From assembly GCF_009914755.1 (NCBI RefSeq), contig NC_060930.1: 64,000 nucleotides of DNA; one strand, given 5' to 3'. Under the pieces are notes generated by a model. The model ran no database searches. It saw nothing but the letters and a program-made list of their open reading frames with translations, and was not told the origin of the DNA. The DNA is from the human T2T-CHM13v2.0 reference genome, Homo sapiens. The position numbers and the translations under genes are program-made. Shown here piece after piece: positions 44,780 through 59,200 of the stretch (positions within the stretch are counted from its first letter, which is position 1; the number at the start of each line of letters is the position of its first letter).

Positions 44780-45020
44780 ATCACTGCAAGTTTCCCAAGT
44801 GGGCTGGAGATGAGACGAACCCGATCCACCTGCGGATTGAAGCAGAGTGGCCCGGCAGGGAGCCCAGACCAGCCAGTGTCCAGACGGCCTGCAGGTCCAG
44901 CAGGAGAAGCTGGGCCAGAGCCAGACACACTCACCCATGTGTCTGTGAGGACAGAGGGTGGCTGTTCTAAGCCACCGAGGGAGTCACGCGGCTTTAAGGC
45001 AGTAGCCCGCAGATGTGCCT
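44780..45020 (+). mobile_element. Possible old MLT1 (H/I/J-like) LTR fragment
   Basis: GGCTGTTCTAAGCCACCGAG resembles the MLT1 3' end; heavily diverged. Confidence 0.4.
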
Positions 45021-45299
45021 GCTCCCAACCTCACAGAGAGAACTAGGCTCCTTCTATGTGCCTGGTGTTGTACGAAGATGAATAAAATAATTTATCCCAC
45101 AAAGCCAGAAACAAAAGATATTTAACAAAAATGAATCTATCTAGCCCGCAGGAAAAGATGCAGTGAACTTTTGAACCAGCAGTAGCTAAAATGCATAAAG
45201 ATGTATGAGGAAGCAGCACTTTCCCACGAACTGTAGGACTCGCCTGCATGTTCTCATTCGGTGAATCTGTTGTGACTGGGGTCTTGGTTGACTCCTTAT

Positions 45300-46480
45300 C
45301 TTCCCGACCCTTTTCTTTAATTACCGAGGATGCACATGGTCTGGTTAAAGCAGGAGTTTGCGGTTGTCTGCTCAGTAACCTAGCGAAGCCCGCGACTGCC
45401 CTGCCTGGTGGAGACGGGCGCGCCCCTCCCTCAAGCTGGTCGAGGAGGTGCTAACACAGGACTTCGTCAATGAAGCAAGACCTCCCTACATGCTTAGGTC
45501 TGAATCCAGCTATTCCAGATCTTTCCACTCACACTAAGTAGGCTGAACAGCTTCAGACTCTCCCCTAAGATCACAGCCAAGGACTGGGCCGGATCGCTCC
45601 AGTGTGACACGGAGCCGGTGGCCATGCCTGGGGCATCCAATGCCCTGAACGGAGCCGCACGCACCACCTCCCCCCAGGCTAGGGCAGCCGCCCCGGGGCT
45701 GCGGGATGCTGGGAAGCCATTAATGAGGGAGTAGATCTGGTGAGGAGATGAGGGAGGGCAGGAGAGCAGCAGGCCCCCATGCAGGGAGAGGAAGCCGCAC
45801 GCCTGACGCTCTGGCGGGACGACCGCGGCCTCTGAAGAGCGCGGCCGCGGGAGACACCCAGGCACCTGGACAGGCCGGACTCACGTGCTGGGGATGTGCG
45901 TCCCTCTGAAAGATTCCCCCGGAAGCTGAAGGGCGATGTGGCGTTCCGTACACGGACGGTCCCTGTCGCAGGCCTCCTACTTGAGGGTCCAGGGCTTACA
46001 CTGTAGTTTTTTTGTTGCTGCCATAAAAATTTCCTTAAACGTAGTGGCTTAAAACAACACCAGTTTATTCTTCCGGGTCTGTAGGTCGTAAGTCCCGAAT
46101 GGGCCGCACTGGGCTAAGATCAAGTAGCAAAGGGCTGGTTCCCTCTGGAGGCTTCAGGAGAAAATCCATTTCCGTGTCTTTCCCAGCTTCCCGGCCGACC
46201 CCGATCCGGGGCTGTGGCCCCTTCTCATCCTTCGGAGGCGGAAGCGTCTCGTCTCACTCCCCGGCGCTCCCTCTGCCTCCCTCTTAAGCTCCCTCGTGAT
46301 CGCACTGGGGCCCTGGGTCACCCGGGGTGCTCTCCTCATCTCCAGGTCAGCCGATCGCAGCCTCAGTGCCATCTTCAACCTTGCATTTCCCACGTTCCAG
46401 GGGTTAGGACTTGGCCATTTCCAGGACCACGGTTTTCCTCACCACAGACACTGACCCATTCTTGAGGGGAAGCCAAGATT
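45300..46480. promoter_or_regulatory. CpG-island-like GC/CpG-rich segment
   Basis: CpG density is far above the flanks, with NotI GCGGCCGC at 45841, CCGCGG sites and GGCGCGCC at ~45417. Confidence 0.7.
46002..46446 (-). mobile_element. MLT1C/D-like solo LTR, unusually CpG-rich
   Basis: GTTGCTGCCATAA...TAGTGGCTTAAAACAACAC...CTGGAGGCTTCAGGAGAAAATCCATTTCC...CTCACCACA. Flanks TACAC/GACAC. Confidence 0.83.
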
Positions 46481-47599
46481 CGAGTCGATGGATTTGCTGA
46501 GGAGGGTCTTGAACCACTTCTTCTATAGGCTTCCCCCAAACACTTTTGACAGGTCCATGAAAGTACTGGCAGCTAATTCCATGAAATGTCTACCTAGTCA
46601 AAATAGAGGAAGATGAGGTGACCATCACATTTCATGAGACTCTGCGGAGTACATGGACCACAAGACATCTGGGAGGTTTGTCTCTGGCTGTGTCCTCAAG
46701 CAAGACACCCTCTGCCATGCTGTGAGCAGAGTGACGAGAAAGAGGCAGGGCCTGGGGTGAAAACATCAGGAGGCCCAGCTGAGAATGCTCAGGCCTTCAG
46801 AGGACAAGCCTGAGTTCAAGCAACCTGTAACAGCTTCTGACGCTAATTAACATGACAGGGTCACAGACAACTGGGAGGAAAACTTTGGAGACTGTGCAGC
46901 CATGATGGAACTTCATACAACATAAGAGAATGTTGTATCAAGGGTATGTAATCGTAGGTCCAAAGTTGAAGACAATTATAAATGTATTGATACTCCAGTC
47001 AGTGAGATGGCCTTTGCTAATTTAACAACAGATGACCTATCCCTCACCCGTACAATGTGTAAACATTTCTGGGAAGAAATAAGAGTGAAGGAGTTCAGGG
47101 AACAGGATTCTCTTTCTAGGCTTCCAAGAGCCGTCCCCAGACACTACAGCCTGTCATCTACTGGTTCATTAGATGCTCCTTTTTTTGGAAAGAAGATGAG
47201 AGAGTTTGACAAAACATATAAAAACTTAAATGTGTTAGCTACATGTTTTGGGAACTTTTCAGTACATGTGGCTTCCTGGCATTTCTGATTTCTGCTGTAA
47301 TTTCCTGGGCCTGCCCGGTATTCCCACAGCCCCAGAAAGTAGAAGAATGCATTTTCAATTTCTAGTCATTAATACATCCTTTTCTCATTATTTTGAACCT
47401 ATATCAATCTAGCATGCCACTTCCATAAGATTTCAGCCAAAAAACACAGGAGTAAAAGCTAAGCAGTCCATTCTTCATTATGTCCCTGGTGTGGTGTGCT
47501 GAACTTCCATCCCTGAAAAGGAAGTCATGCTAATAAGTGAGACAACATTCTGGTTTAAATTAGGAGCAAAAGGCCAAGCTAAAAGTATGCTACATATCA

Positions 47600-47825
47600 A
47601 AGTATGGGAGGAGTGTACTGATGTGTAAAATTTACTTTACAATTCATAAAAAATCGGACATTAATGAGTGGATAGATAAAAAGATAGATGAACAGTGTGT
47701 AGTTATGTGATAAAACAAATGTGGTAAAATATTATCAGTAGAATATACTAGTAGGAATTCAACTGTTCACTACAAACTGTTTCAATTTCTCTGTATATCA
47801 GAATATTTTCATAATAAAATGTTAA
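47600..47825 (+). mobile_element. L1ME-type 3' end
   Basis: GGATAGATAAAAGATAGATG...ATGTGATAAAACAAATGTGGTAAAAT...TTTTCATAATAAAATGTT. Confidence 0.6.
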
Positions 47826-47872
47826 GATACATAGTAGACTTCTGTGTTAGATGAATGTATCATGTTACTCAC

Positions 47873-48201
47873 TGATATGGTTTGGATCTGTGTCCCCACC
47901 CAAATCTCACCTTGAATTGTAAGAGTCCATGTGTCAAGGGTAGGACCAGGTGGAGATAACTGAATCATGGGGGCGGTTTCCTTCATACTTTTCTTGTGAT
48001 AGTGATTAAGTCTCTCAAGATCTGATGGTTTTATAAATGGCTGCCACCATGTAAGATGTGACTTTGCCCTTCATTCACCTTCCACCATGATTGTGAGGCT
48101 CCCCAGCCATGTGGAACTGTGAGTCAATTAAACCTCTTTCCTTTATAAATTACCCAGTCTCAGGTATGTCTTTATTAGCAGCATGAGAACAGACTAATAT
48201 A
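47873..48201 (+). mobile_element. THE1B/C solo LTR
   Basis: TGATATGGTTTGGATCTGTGTCCCCACCCAAATCTCA...GAGAACAGACTAATATA with a perfect TSD CTCAC. Confidence 0.95.
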
Positions 48202-48217
48202 CTCACTTTAAAAAAAG

Positions 48218-48499
48218 ATTTTTTTTTGAGACAGGGTCTCACTCTGTTGCCCAGGCTGGAGTGCAGTGGCGTGAGCTTGGCTCACTGCAGCTTCAATCTC
48301 CCAGGCTCAAGCGATCCTGCCTCGCTTGGGAAAAAGCCTCCTGAGTAGCTGGGACAACAGGCATGCACCACCACATGTGGCTAATTTTTAGGTCTTGCTA
48401 TGTTGCCCAGGCTGGTCTCGAACTCCTGGCCTCAAGCAATTCTGCCACCTCAGCCTCCCAAGGTGCTGTGATTACAGGTATGATCTACTACACCTGGCC
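48218..48499 (-). mobile_element. AluJ
   Basis: GAGACAGGGTCTCACTCTG...GGCTCAAGCGATCCT...GGTCTTGCTATGTTGCCCAGG (J diagnostics). Confidence 0.93.
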
Positions 48500-48962
48500 T
48501 GTTACCTACTTTATATTCTTTGAAGACTTTTGTGGAAAATCTATTGTAGACAATAGGGCTTCTAAAAAACAAGTGAAAACTGTATGTTTTACTTCATCTT
48601 GCATACTTTGCCAGAGATCCTTACATGAAATCTAGCAAGAAAGACAATATTATTACTTGGCTACAATTATATCTGTGAATTAATAAGTGATATGCAGTAT
48701 TCTATATGAAAAATGCTACACCTAAGTAAATTTTCCTTTGGAGATGAATGTAGATCATATAAAATCCTATCAACTTGAATACTGCTCATTAAGTTATTGT
48801 AAATATTCTTAAGAACTTAGTAAGCTCCAATCAGAAATCACTTGCTAATTATCAAGATCTAGTTCTATTCATGGGGCAGCAGGGGGAGTTAATGTTATGA
48901 GTGATTTTTCTAATGCATCAGTTAACACTTACATTAAGCCATCAATCTTAACCTATGAGGGC

Positions 48963-49180
48963 AATAATAATAAAAGCTCATATTCATTTATCTCTTATCA
49001 CAGATAGGCACATGCACCATTTCATTTAAGCCTCAAAGCACCATCATAAGGTACATTTGTTATTCCTTCTCTATACTTAGGGAAACAGGGACTCATAATT
49101 TGAGAAATTTGTCCTAGGTTATCTAACTTACTGGTAGAATGGAGAACCAAGCCCAAGCAGACTGATAGCATTCCTATACT
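48963..49180 (-). mobile_element. MIR
   Basis: CATTTAAGCCTCAAAGCACC...GGGAAACAGGGACTCA...AATTTGTCCTAGGTTA. Confidence 0.65.
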
Positions 49181-49351
49181 CCAAGAATAGTCCTCAGACC
49201 AGAAACAATTGCCATCACATGTGAGTCTCCAGCTCACCCCAGACCTAATGGATTAGAATCTGCAGCAGCAAACAATCCTCAACTGCGTAGAAGGCACACT
49301 GAAGTTTAAGAAGTGCTGGCAGATCCAGTTCCCTTCACCATCATGCCATGC

Positions 49352-49532
49352 CAGTGTCTCACAAATTTTGTGTGATCACAGTCATCTGGAAGGCTTATTA
49401 AAATGCTGAGTGCTGGACCCTCCCAGATTTTTGATTCATTAGGACTGGGCAGGGGACCTGAGAATCTGCTTGTCTAACACATCACAGTGATGCTGAAGCT
49501 GCTAGCCAGGGGGCCACACTTCGGACACACTG
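49352..49532. mobile_element. MER5A (hAT-Charlie MITE)
   Basis: CAGTG...ATCACAGTCATCTGGAAGGCTTATTAAAATGC...TGATTCATTAGGACTGGG...TGATGCTGAAGCTGCT...CACACTT...CACTG. Confidence 0.78.
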
Positions 49533-52500
49533 CACGCTGCCCACATGCACCACCTCAGTCAGTGTCATCATCAGAAACACATATACCACCTAAACCCCCT
49601 AAACTTTTAAACTCATAAACAAAGCTCCCAGAAGTTAACTCTACAGCAGACATTTGCTTTTGTACATTTTCCTTTGTTTTCAATGGAATTGTAATTTATT
49701 TACAATTGTGCAGTATTTCATCTGAGCTAAAAATTAAACACTGCAACTTTAGAAGCTCTGAAGAATTTCCAAGCACTAATTTTCCCTATTTTTCATTTTA
49801 CTTTTGTTTTCCTTTTGATGGGAGAAAATTGGCATAAACATCACATTCATTTGAGATTTCCAGGGAGACACTGGTCAGGATACATTATAATCCGTATGCC
49901 ATTAAGATACTCTGTCTTACCTAACAAATGTTGAGCAACTGTAAATTTTAATCTGTTACATGCTGACAGAACTTGAGGTAAGTGATTAAAAAAATCAAGG
50001 GTGTTGTTGGTGCTAATCTTAATGGAGTAACTTTCTCAAATGTCTGGATTTATAATTTCTAAATTTTGCCTCCTTAGTAATGACTGTCTGGAAGTCCAGT
50101 GAAACAAAAACATTGTGCCCAATTAAGAGCAAGTTTGATTGAGTAAGGAGAGAAACATGGTGATTCCAAGAATGAAAGAAAGCCATAGACGGCAACAAAT
50201 TCACAGAAGCACATGAGTAGGGTAAAAACATGGTCATTACAGATTAGCTGTACACCTACATTTATATCCTCAAAAACTGTGTGTCCTTTGCAGTAAATAT
50301 ATAGTACTTTGGAAAAATAGATTGTACTGCAATCAAAGGTGAACAAGAATAACATGGACCAGAGATGTGTTAGTTATAACTTGGGACACATCAACAGAGA
50401 AACAGATATTTCCACATGTGGCTTGGTTGTTGGACAACTTCCATATGTGTTCTTCTGCTTTGATTAGGAATCCATTCATTAATTTGGTATAACTGAATGT
50501 GTACCTTTATTAAATGCTAAATGATATGGACTTTAAACTACCTTATTATGTAGCATATTAACTGCATTTAGATGCATCTATATAAGGATTAGAATTTAAT
50601 CCAAACAACACTTGACATTCTAATGGCATAAAATGAAATCTGATTAAACATTACTTTCAATTGTGTAATGTTTTAGAAATAAAATATTTTGAGTCCTAAA
50701 AAACACTATTCTTTCCATTTCAGATTTGATTTTCCAAATTCTACTTTGTGTTTCCAACTTTGTTTCCTAACAAGTTTGGTTGAGAATAAGGTAAGCACAA
50801 ATGTGGACATGTGGCATCTATAAGCTGCCTTTTTTCCCCCTTTCCTGTCCTTTTTGACCTGACTTATTGAAAGGAGTTTGAGGTGGGGAAAGAAAGAAGC
50901 AGCACGTGTGTAAGATTGTTTTGACTGGGGAAGGAACATCAATTCACTTGCAGGTACACACCCACAGTGGTTCTGGGCACACGGCTGGGCACGCTCTGCT
51001 TCATAGATGTTCTCAGTGTAACTACCCATGACACTACTCCATCTTGACGGGGCTCACTGAGAGCTTTCATCCTTTCAACTGAGTGAAGACATATTGTAAC
51101 CTGGAGCATATCAGCCAGAAGCATGGTTGACAGGTTGGAGCTCCTAGATCCCTCACCCAGGACAGAAATTCTACGCTTCTTGTCTGCTAATAGCAAACCC
51201 CACCAGCCTTCCCTGTAACTTTCAGGAAAGTTTTCAGCAAACTATGGCTCATGAAACAGACCTGCTCATTGCCTGTTTCTGCATATCCAGTAGATAAGAA
51301 TAATGTTTATATTTTGAAATGGTTGAAAACACTAAAGAATATTTTTCAATGTTCATAAATAAAGTTTTATTGGTACACAGACACATCCTCTTGAGTACAT
51401 ATTGTCTGTGGCTTTCTTGACACATGGTGAAGTGGAGTGGCTGTGATGGAGACCACATGTGGCACTCTCACAGCTTCACAACTGTGCTAGCCACTCTACA
51501 GGTCACAGCAATGCCCTTATAAACTGACCTTCCAACTGCTGCATGTACTTCTGTACTATGAATGGTTTATTTTAAATCTTCATAGTATACCCATCATGTC
51601 AAAACACGAAGAGAAAAGTGGACCTCAACTGCCATGCTTTTAGGGCACAGCAGAGTGTGGATTATTTTTATACAGATGAATGGCAGAGCATTGTGTTTCA
51701 TATGCTGTGCACTCCAGTGGAGCTGAAAGGACTCCAGAAGCATCTATATGACCAGACCAGGCTCACATAAAATCGGCCCAACTCACAGGACAGCAGTGAT
51801 CAGAAAAACAAAAAAACTTAAAACAGAACATCTCAACACAGAGAATTTATTCAAAAAATAAAAATACATTAAAATCAAGCTACAAGCAAAGTAACTTTCT
51901 GAATGGCTTGTTAGCCAAATGAGGAAAGCCATACACCAATTATTAGTTGATTAAATCATGGTTGATTGCAGCAGCCAGAGAAATGCATCAGAGCAAATAA
52001 GCTCATCTGAGACTGTTAGGTTTTTGGCTAGAAGAGATGTTCAAGAGTTGAGGGCAAATTATTTTTAATTTCTTTTTTTTTCACTCAATGACTCAACAAA
52101 TGTTACTGTACTACTTAGTTGTTGTTTAAGAGTGAATAGTCTAAAGTGACTGAAAATTAGTCTCTATGAATTGTCTGCATGGAACAATTGCACACAAGAA
52201 TATTCTGAAAGGATTTGGGAAGACAAAGATTCAGTACAATCTGAAGTGGAATCTGCTAAGATGTGTTACAACTGCAGGTGGTAAAACACATCAAGAAATA
52301 TGAGGAGAAAAGGCTTAAACAACTTTACAACACTTGTGGAAATGTAAAGTGTTTAAAACTTATAATTATGTATTATATTATCAGTAGATACTTTGTAGAA
52401 AATATTTGAATCTATCACGTTATTAAACCAGTAGCATAAATGATGGACTTTATTCACTCTGGTATATTTAACTTTCATCCTTAAAGTTTTGTCAGAAATG

Positions 52501-52578
52501 GAAGCTACATGTCCTGAGCTGCCCTCCACACAGCAGCCACATGGCTCCATAGCAGTCAGGTTTTATCGTTGTTGTTGA

Positions 52579-54404
<1,826 letters not shown>

Positions 54405-55617
54405 AAGACAAAGTTTTCTGAATGAGAACAATTTCTTCCTCCATTTTTATCAAACTCTAAATGACAATGGAATTGCTTGATACTATTTCTTAGTGAATTC
54501 AACCTAAGATTACAAGGCAAAAAAAATATATATGCAAAACTTTTCCTGAGGTAAACTAATTTTGGTGACAACTAACGTTTGAATCACAAGCAACATCAGC
54601 AGCTTTATACATTGCTCATCCTGTCAAAAGTTACAAGAAGCAGCAAGGTAGCCATTCCCACACACAATTAAAGCAGAAACATTTCTCAATCTCAAGCCAC
54701 AGTTCCAGTTCCAGTAGTGTGTTTCAGACTTTGATACAAAAACAAAGGCAATTTCCACATTTCAAAATCCATTTAGCTGCCTTTGAGGAGCCTTTGTGTA
54801 ACCTTCCATTGAAAGTGATTATTCTGCAATGTAATAAGATCTTAACAGGCAAATATCAAGTGTAAAATCTAATACCATTCTCTGAATGTTTATCAAACAA
54901 TAAATATGTTCCATTAAAATCAAATACTTATGGATTTGTATGTTTGGCAGTACCTATTTGTGTGAAGAGACGTTTTCAAACATGAAATATGTGAAATTTC
55001 ATTACAGATCAGCACTAACAGATTAATATTTGCAATTAATTTTGATGTTAGGGAATGCTAACTTTGAACCCCAAATAAAGTGTTGCCTTCCCCCCAAAAT
55101 ATAATTTCATTCTCTTAATCATAGATCTGTATTATAAGAAGAAAATTACACTCAGTTTTTATTAGTATATTTTCAATGTTGCCTATGAAAAGACTGCATA
55201 AACTTGTGTTCTTTCTTATTCTCTAAGTACATACATAATATCCTCAGTTTTCCTTCCTGATCCACAAAGCCTAAAATATTTACTATTTGGCCTTTTACAA
55301 AAAAAAAATATTTGCCAACTCTTGCTCTAGATAATATCTGAGTACCCAAATTATACTTAATATCTTCAGCTACTATTCATATCTGCCATCATTTTATATG
55401 GTTTTATCATTCATAAAAAATTGATGGATAGATGGGTGAATGGATAATTTACTGTTTTATAATCTTTAAACAATAAAATCCATGGCCATTGGTTTACTGC
55501 TTTCCTAAAAGGAAAGTGGAGTCTTTATAAAATGTAATGATTGGGGAAGCAAGGGTCTCAGTAAGGACTTTCATCCAAATACAGGCTGTCACACTCATGT
55601 ATCTGCAGATGGCAGTG

Positions 55618-55878
55618 TACATCTTTTTTCAAACAAAGGATTTTAGTTCAAATAATAGAACAAATAGCTATAACCAGTATACATAAATTATTATAAATTA
55701 TTTCCTTTCAAATAGAAAAGAGAAGTCAAACTGACAAAATATATTTTTTAGATTGCCCTACAAATTGTAATAGCTTGTAATTTGCAAAATTATAATTTTA
55801 TAGTGTTTTCTTACCAAGTCTAGAAATTTTATACCTAGATGTCTTGGAAATGTAATAAACTATTGTTAATATACCAAA
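55618..55878 (+). repeat. Copy 1 of a dispersed ~260-bp direct duplication
   Basis: Matches 57903-58155 (offset 2285 bp). Confidence 0.95.
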
Positions 55879-56611
55879 GAAGAGCTTTTTTACTTTTCAA
55901 AAATCCAATACTTTGATTTGAAATAATGAAATGTCATTTCAACTTTATGTCTAAGTGTAATTTAAGTTGATTCCTAAATAAAATTTAACTTACAATTTTT
56001 AAAGGGTTCTTTATCCTAGAATGACCAAAAATTAAATTAAATTTTAAATCAAGCCTACAAAATAGAAGTACAACGATAAGCCCAATGGGAACTTTAATTT
56101 GTAATGTTAATTCATTTAGCTACTTTACTCTAGAGGAGTCTAAGATTAGCAAAGCAAGAAAATGTTTAGTAAGAGCTACTGAGAGATCATAAGTCAATCC
56201 TACTGGCTTTCTAAACCACACATAAGCTAGATTTTAATGATGTTATTTAAAGGCTGTTTAAATGCTGCAAATGTGAACATTTTAACATTAGAATGCAATA
56301 GAAACTTTGTCTAGTTTTACCTCTTTAGATAGTAGAGGTAATGGCTTGAATCACCTTTGATTTTGTATTAAAAGAAAGTCATGTTTGACGTTTCAAGAAA
56401 GAATGTGAAAAAATAGTTCATGGCTAGTAGTTCTGAAGCAGTGTTTTCATGTTAAAAGAAAATCTGTGAAGATAGAAAACACATAGAAAACTAAGGCTAA
56501 TAGAACAGTGATGCCAAAACATGTATGAGATCACCACCAACTCTAAAGGAGACGGACACTGCTTAAGAAAATATACTTTCACGAAATAAAGAATACATTA
56601 AAAAATTTTTT

Positions 56612-57065
56612 TCTAAACGTTCCAGTTACTTATTGTTGCACCATAAACTACTCTCAAACTTAGTGGTTTAAAATAATAACCATTTTCTGATATTTCACTG
56701 TTTTGTGGGTGAGTCTTCTGTTTCGTGTTGTGCTGACAGCAGTCACCCTGTGGTGCTTGGTTGGGGGCGGGCTCAGCAGGAATTTCTGGGGGCACCTAGA
56801 CAGTCTCCAGCATGGTGGCCTCAGTGAGGTGGGCCCCTCACAGTGCAGCTCAGTTTCCAAGAGAGAATGTTCTGGCAAACAAAGTATTACTAGAAGCTGT
56901 ATCTGTTTCTATGGCTTGGCCCTGGAAATTGTACAGCCTCCTTCCTGCCATGCACAATTGGTCAGAGTGGTCCCGGGACGCCCAGGCTTAAGGGGAGGGA
57001 ACACAGATGCCCACCTCTCGAGGAAAGAAGTGTTGAAGGATTTGCAGCCATGTTTCAAAATTCTA
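56612..57065 (-). mobile_element. Old MLT1 (H/I/J-like) solo LTR
   Basis: CAGTTACTTATTGTTGCA..AAACTACTCTCAAACTTAGTGGTTTAAAATAATAA...TTTGCAGCCATGTTTCAAAA. Confidence 0.72.
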
Positions 57066-57234
57066 GATTCAGAGCCCCAGTGTTCATTCCCTAATTCAAA
57101 ATTTTGGGGAGTTGTATAAACTGAAGTAGGTCTCATTTATCCATGTTGACACATTTACATGGATTCAAAGGCAGTAACTTCCAGAAAACAACCAGGCACT
57201 AAGTAGGAGAGTCTCGGAACAGAACATTCTATGC

Positions 57235-57446
57235 AGTAATTACTTATAAACAATGTGTTTATTTATAAGTAATTACTTATAAACAATGTGTTTATTTATA
57301 AGTACTTATAAACAATGTGTTTATTTATAAGTAATTACTTATAAACAGTGTGTTTATTTATAAGTAATTACTTATAAACAATGTGTTTATTTATAAGTAA
57401 TTACTTATAAACAATGTGTTTATTTATAAGTAATTACTTATAAACA
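57235..57446. repeat. AT-rich palindromic 33-bp minisatellite, ~6.5 units (AGTAATTACTTATAAACAATGTGTTTATTTATA)
   Basis: Units start at 57235, 57268, 57301 (29 bp), 57330, 57363, 57396 and 57429. Confidence 0.97.
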
Positions 57447-57902
57447 GCAACATGTGCTGGAAACTGTGGTCAGTCATTCACTTGTTTAACATAGACTGTC
57501 TACCTCTGCCAATCCCTGTGCCAATAGACATGGGCACAGCCCTAAAGAGAAAATGTCTCTGCTGTCATTACTCACAGCATTAAAGCTCTAGACAGTACAG
57601 GAGGAAAAAGCAGCACTTCTGTAGAACAGAGCCACTGAAAGACATGGCATTGCACAGTGGGCTTTAGCTCTTATCTCAGAACTGCGGGACATACAATTAG
57701 AGCAAAAGGGAATAGCAGCTGGCAATCTACATTGATTGCTGACTGATTCCAAGTCTGGATAAGGTTCACGTTATTTCAGGATGGATGAAGAGAGGAAACA
57801 ATAAAAACCACACCTCCACAATAAAAAACTAACAAGACTATTGTAAGAATATATATATTATTCTTATATACATACACATATACATATATAGATATGGTAG
57901 TT

Positions 57903-58155
57903 TACATCTTTTTTCAAACAAAGGATTTTAGTTCAAATAATAGAACAAATAGCTATAACCAGTATACATAAATTATTATAAATTATTTCCTTTCAAATAG
58001 AAAAGAGAAGTCAAACTGACAAAATATATTTTTTAGATTGCCCTTCAAATTATAATAGCTTATAATTTGCAAAATTATAGTGTTTTCTTATCAAATGTAG
58101 AAATTTTATACCCAGATGTCTTGGAAATGTAATAAACTATTGTTAATATACCAAA
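57903..58155 (+). repeat. Copy 2 of the dispersed duplication, embedded in TA-rich sequence
   Basis: Matches 55618-55878 with 7 substitutions and an 8-bp deletion. Confidence 0.95.
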
Positions 58156-58299
58156 AAAATGTGTATATACACATACAAATATATATGTATATATATAATA
58201 TGTATTTTTTCCCCAACTATATATATATTTATATATTTGGGGGAAAATATATATATATAAAATATAGATATTAAAATATATGTCTAGGTCAATAATAAA

Positions 58300-59200
58300 C
58301 ATTAATTTTTTAATAAAAAATGATCAAACAAATCCCTCAATATTTTAAAAGGTTAATACACTAAGAGCAAGTTGGATTTATTCTAGGAATAAAAGGTTGG
58401 CTTAACATTGTTAAAGACATCATTCTAATCGTTCTTACTATAACAGAAAAAAAGAGAATATATATATATATATATATATATGATCATTTCAATAGCTTCA
58501 GAAATAGCATGTGTTAAAATTTAGCATACATTCTTAGCAAACAAGGAATAAAAGGAAATTTTTTATTTGACAAATAGTAATTACAAAAATAATAATTACT
58601 TTTTATTTTATTTTAAAAATAAATCTACAGCAAACATCAAACTTAGTGGTGAAATGTTGAGAGCTTTCCCTACGAGATTGGAAACAAGATCTCACCACTT
58701 GCATTTAATACTAATATATGCACATAAGAAAGACTAAAATTAAATTTAAAAGACTGATAACACTAATTGTTGGTAAGTATGTGGAGAAACAAACTCTCAT
58801 TCATGGGTCGTGGGTCTTTAAATTAGTACAACTTCTTTGGAAAACTCCCTTAATTTACTAAAGCTGAAAATACACATAGCTATGACCCACCGAGTCCTGT
58901 CCTAACTGTGTATCAACAGAAATGTGTGCGTGTGTGCAGCAAAAGAAATGGAGAAGGAGACCCGGGGCAGTCTTACAATGACCAAAGCATAAAACTCTAC
59001 TGTGTGCTATTCGTAGCAAGTTCAAAACAGGAATACATAGGCTTTAGGAATGTGTGCCTTTAAAATTAAAAATAAAATGAAAGCGGTAATGATCATAAAA
59101 GCTAGAATAATGAATACTGAATAGCTTTTAGGGAAATGGATACAGATCTTATTGGGACAAAGCTCAATTATAAGTTATTGGGTTATGCATGTCTGTTTTG
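58300..59200 (+). mobile_element. Very old L1ME ORF2/3' fragments with (TA)n at 58458-58481
   Basis: CAAGTTGGATTTATTCTAGGAATAAAAGGTTGG and AATCTACAGCAAACATCAAACTTAGTGGTGAAA. Confidence 0.6.

Noticed and set aside
44480-46465. ORFs around the CpG-rich segment as a first coding exon
   Set aside because: They overlap on both strands, are partly LTR-derived, and show no protein family similarity I can recognise.
55602-55618. CTCF-like motif TCTGCAGATGGCAGTG next to the duplicated segment
   Set aside because: It is only a partial match, and such motifs occur often by chance; it needs a PWM score and ChIP data.
57235-57446. 33-bp palindromic repeats as a CRISPR array
   Set aside because: The units are head-to-tail with no spacers.
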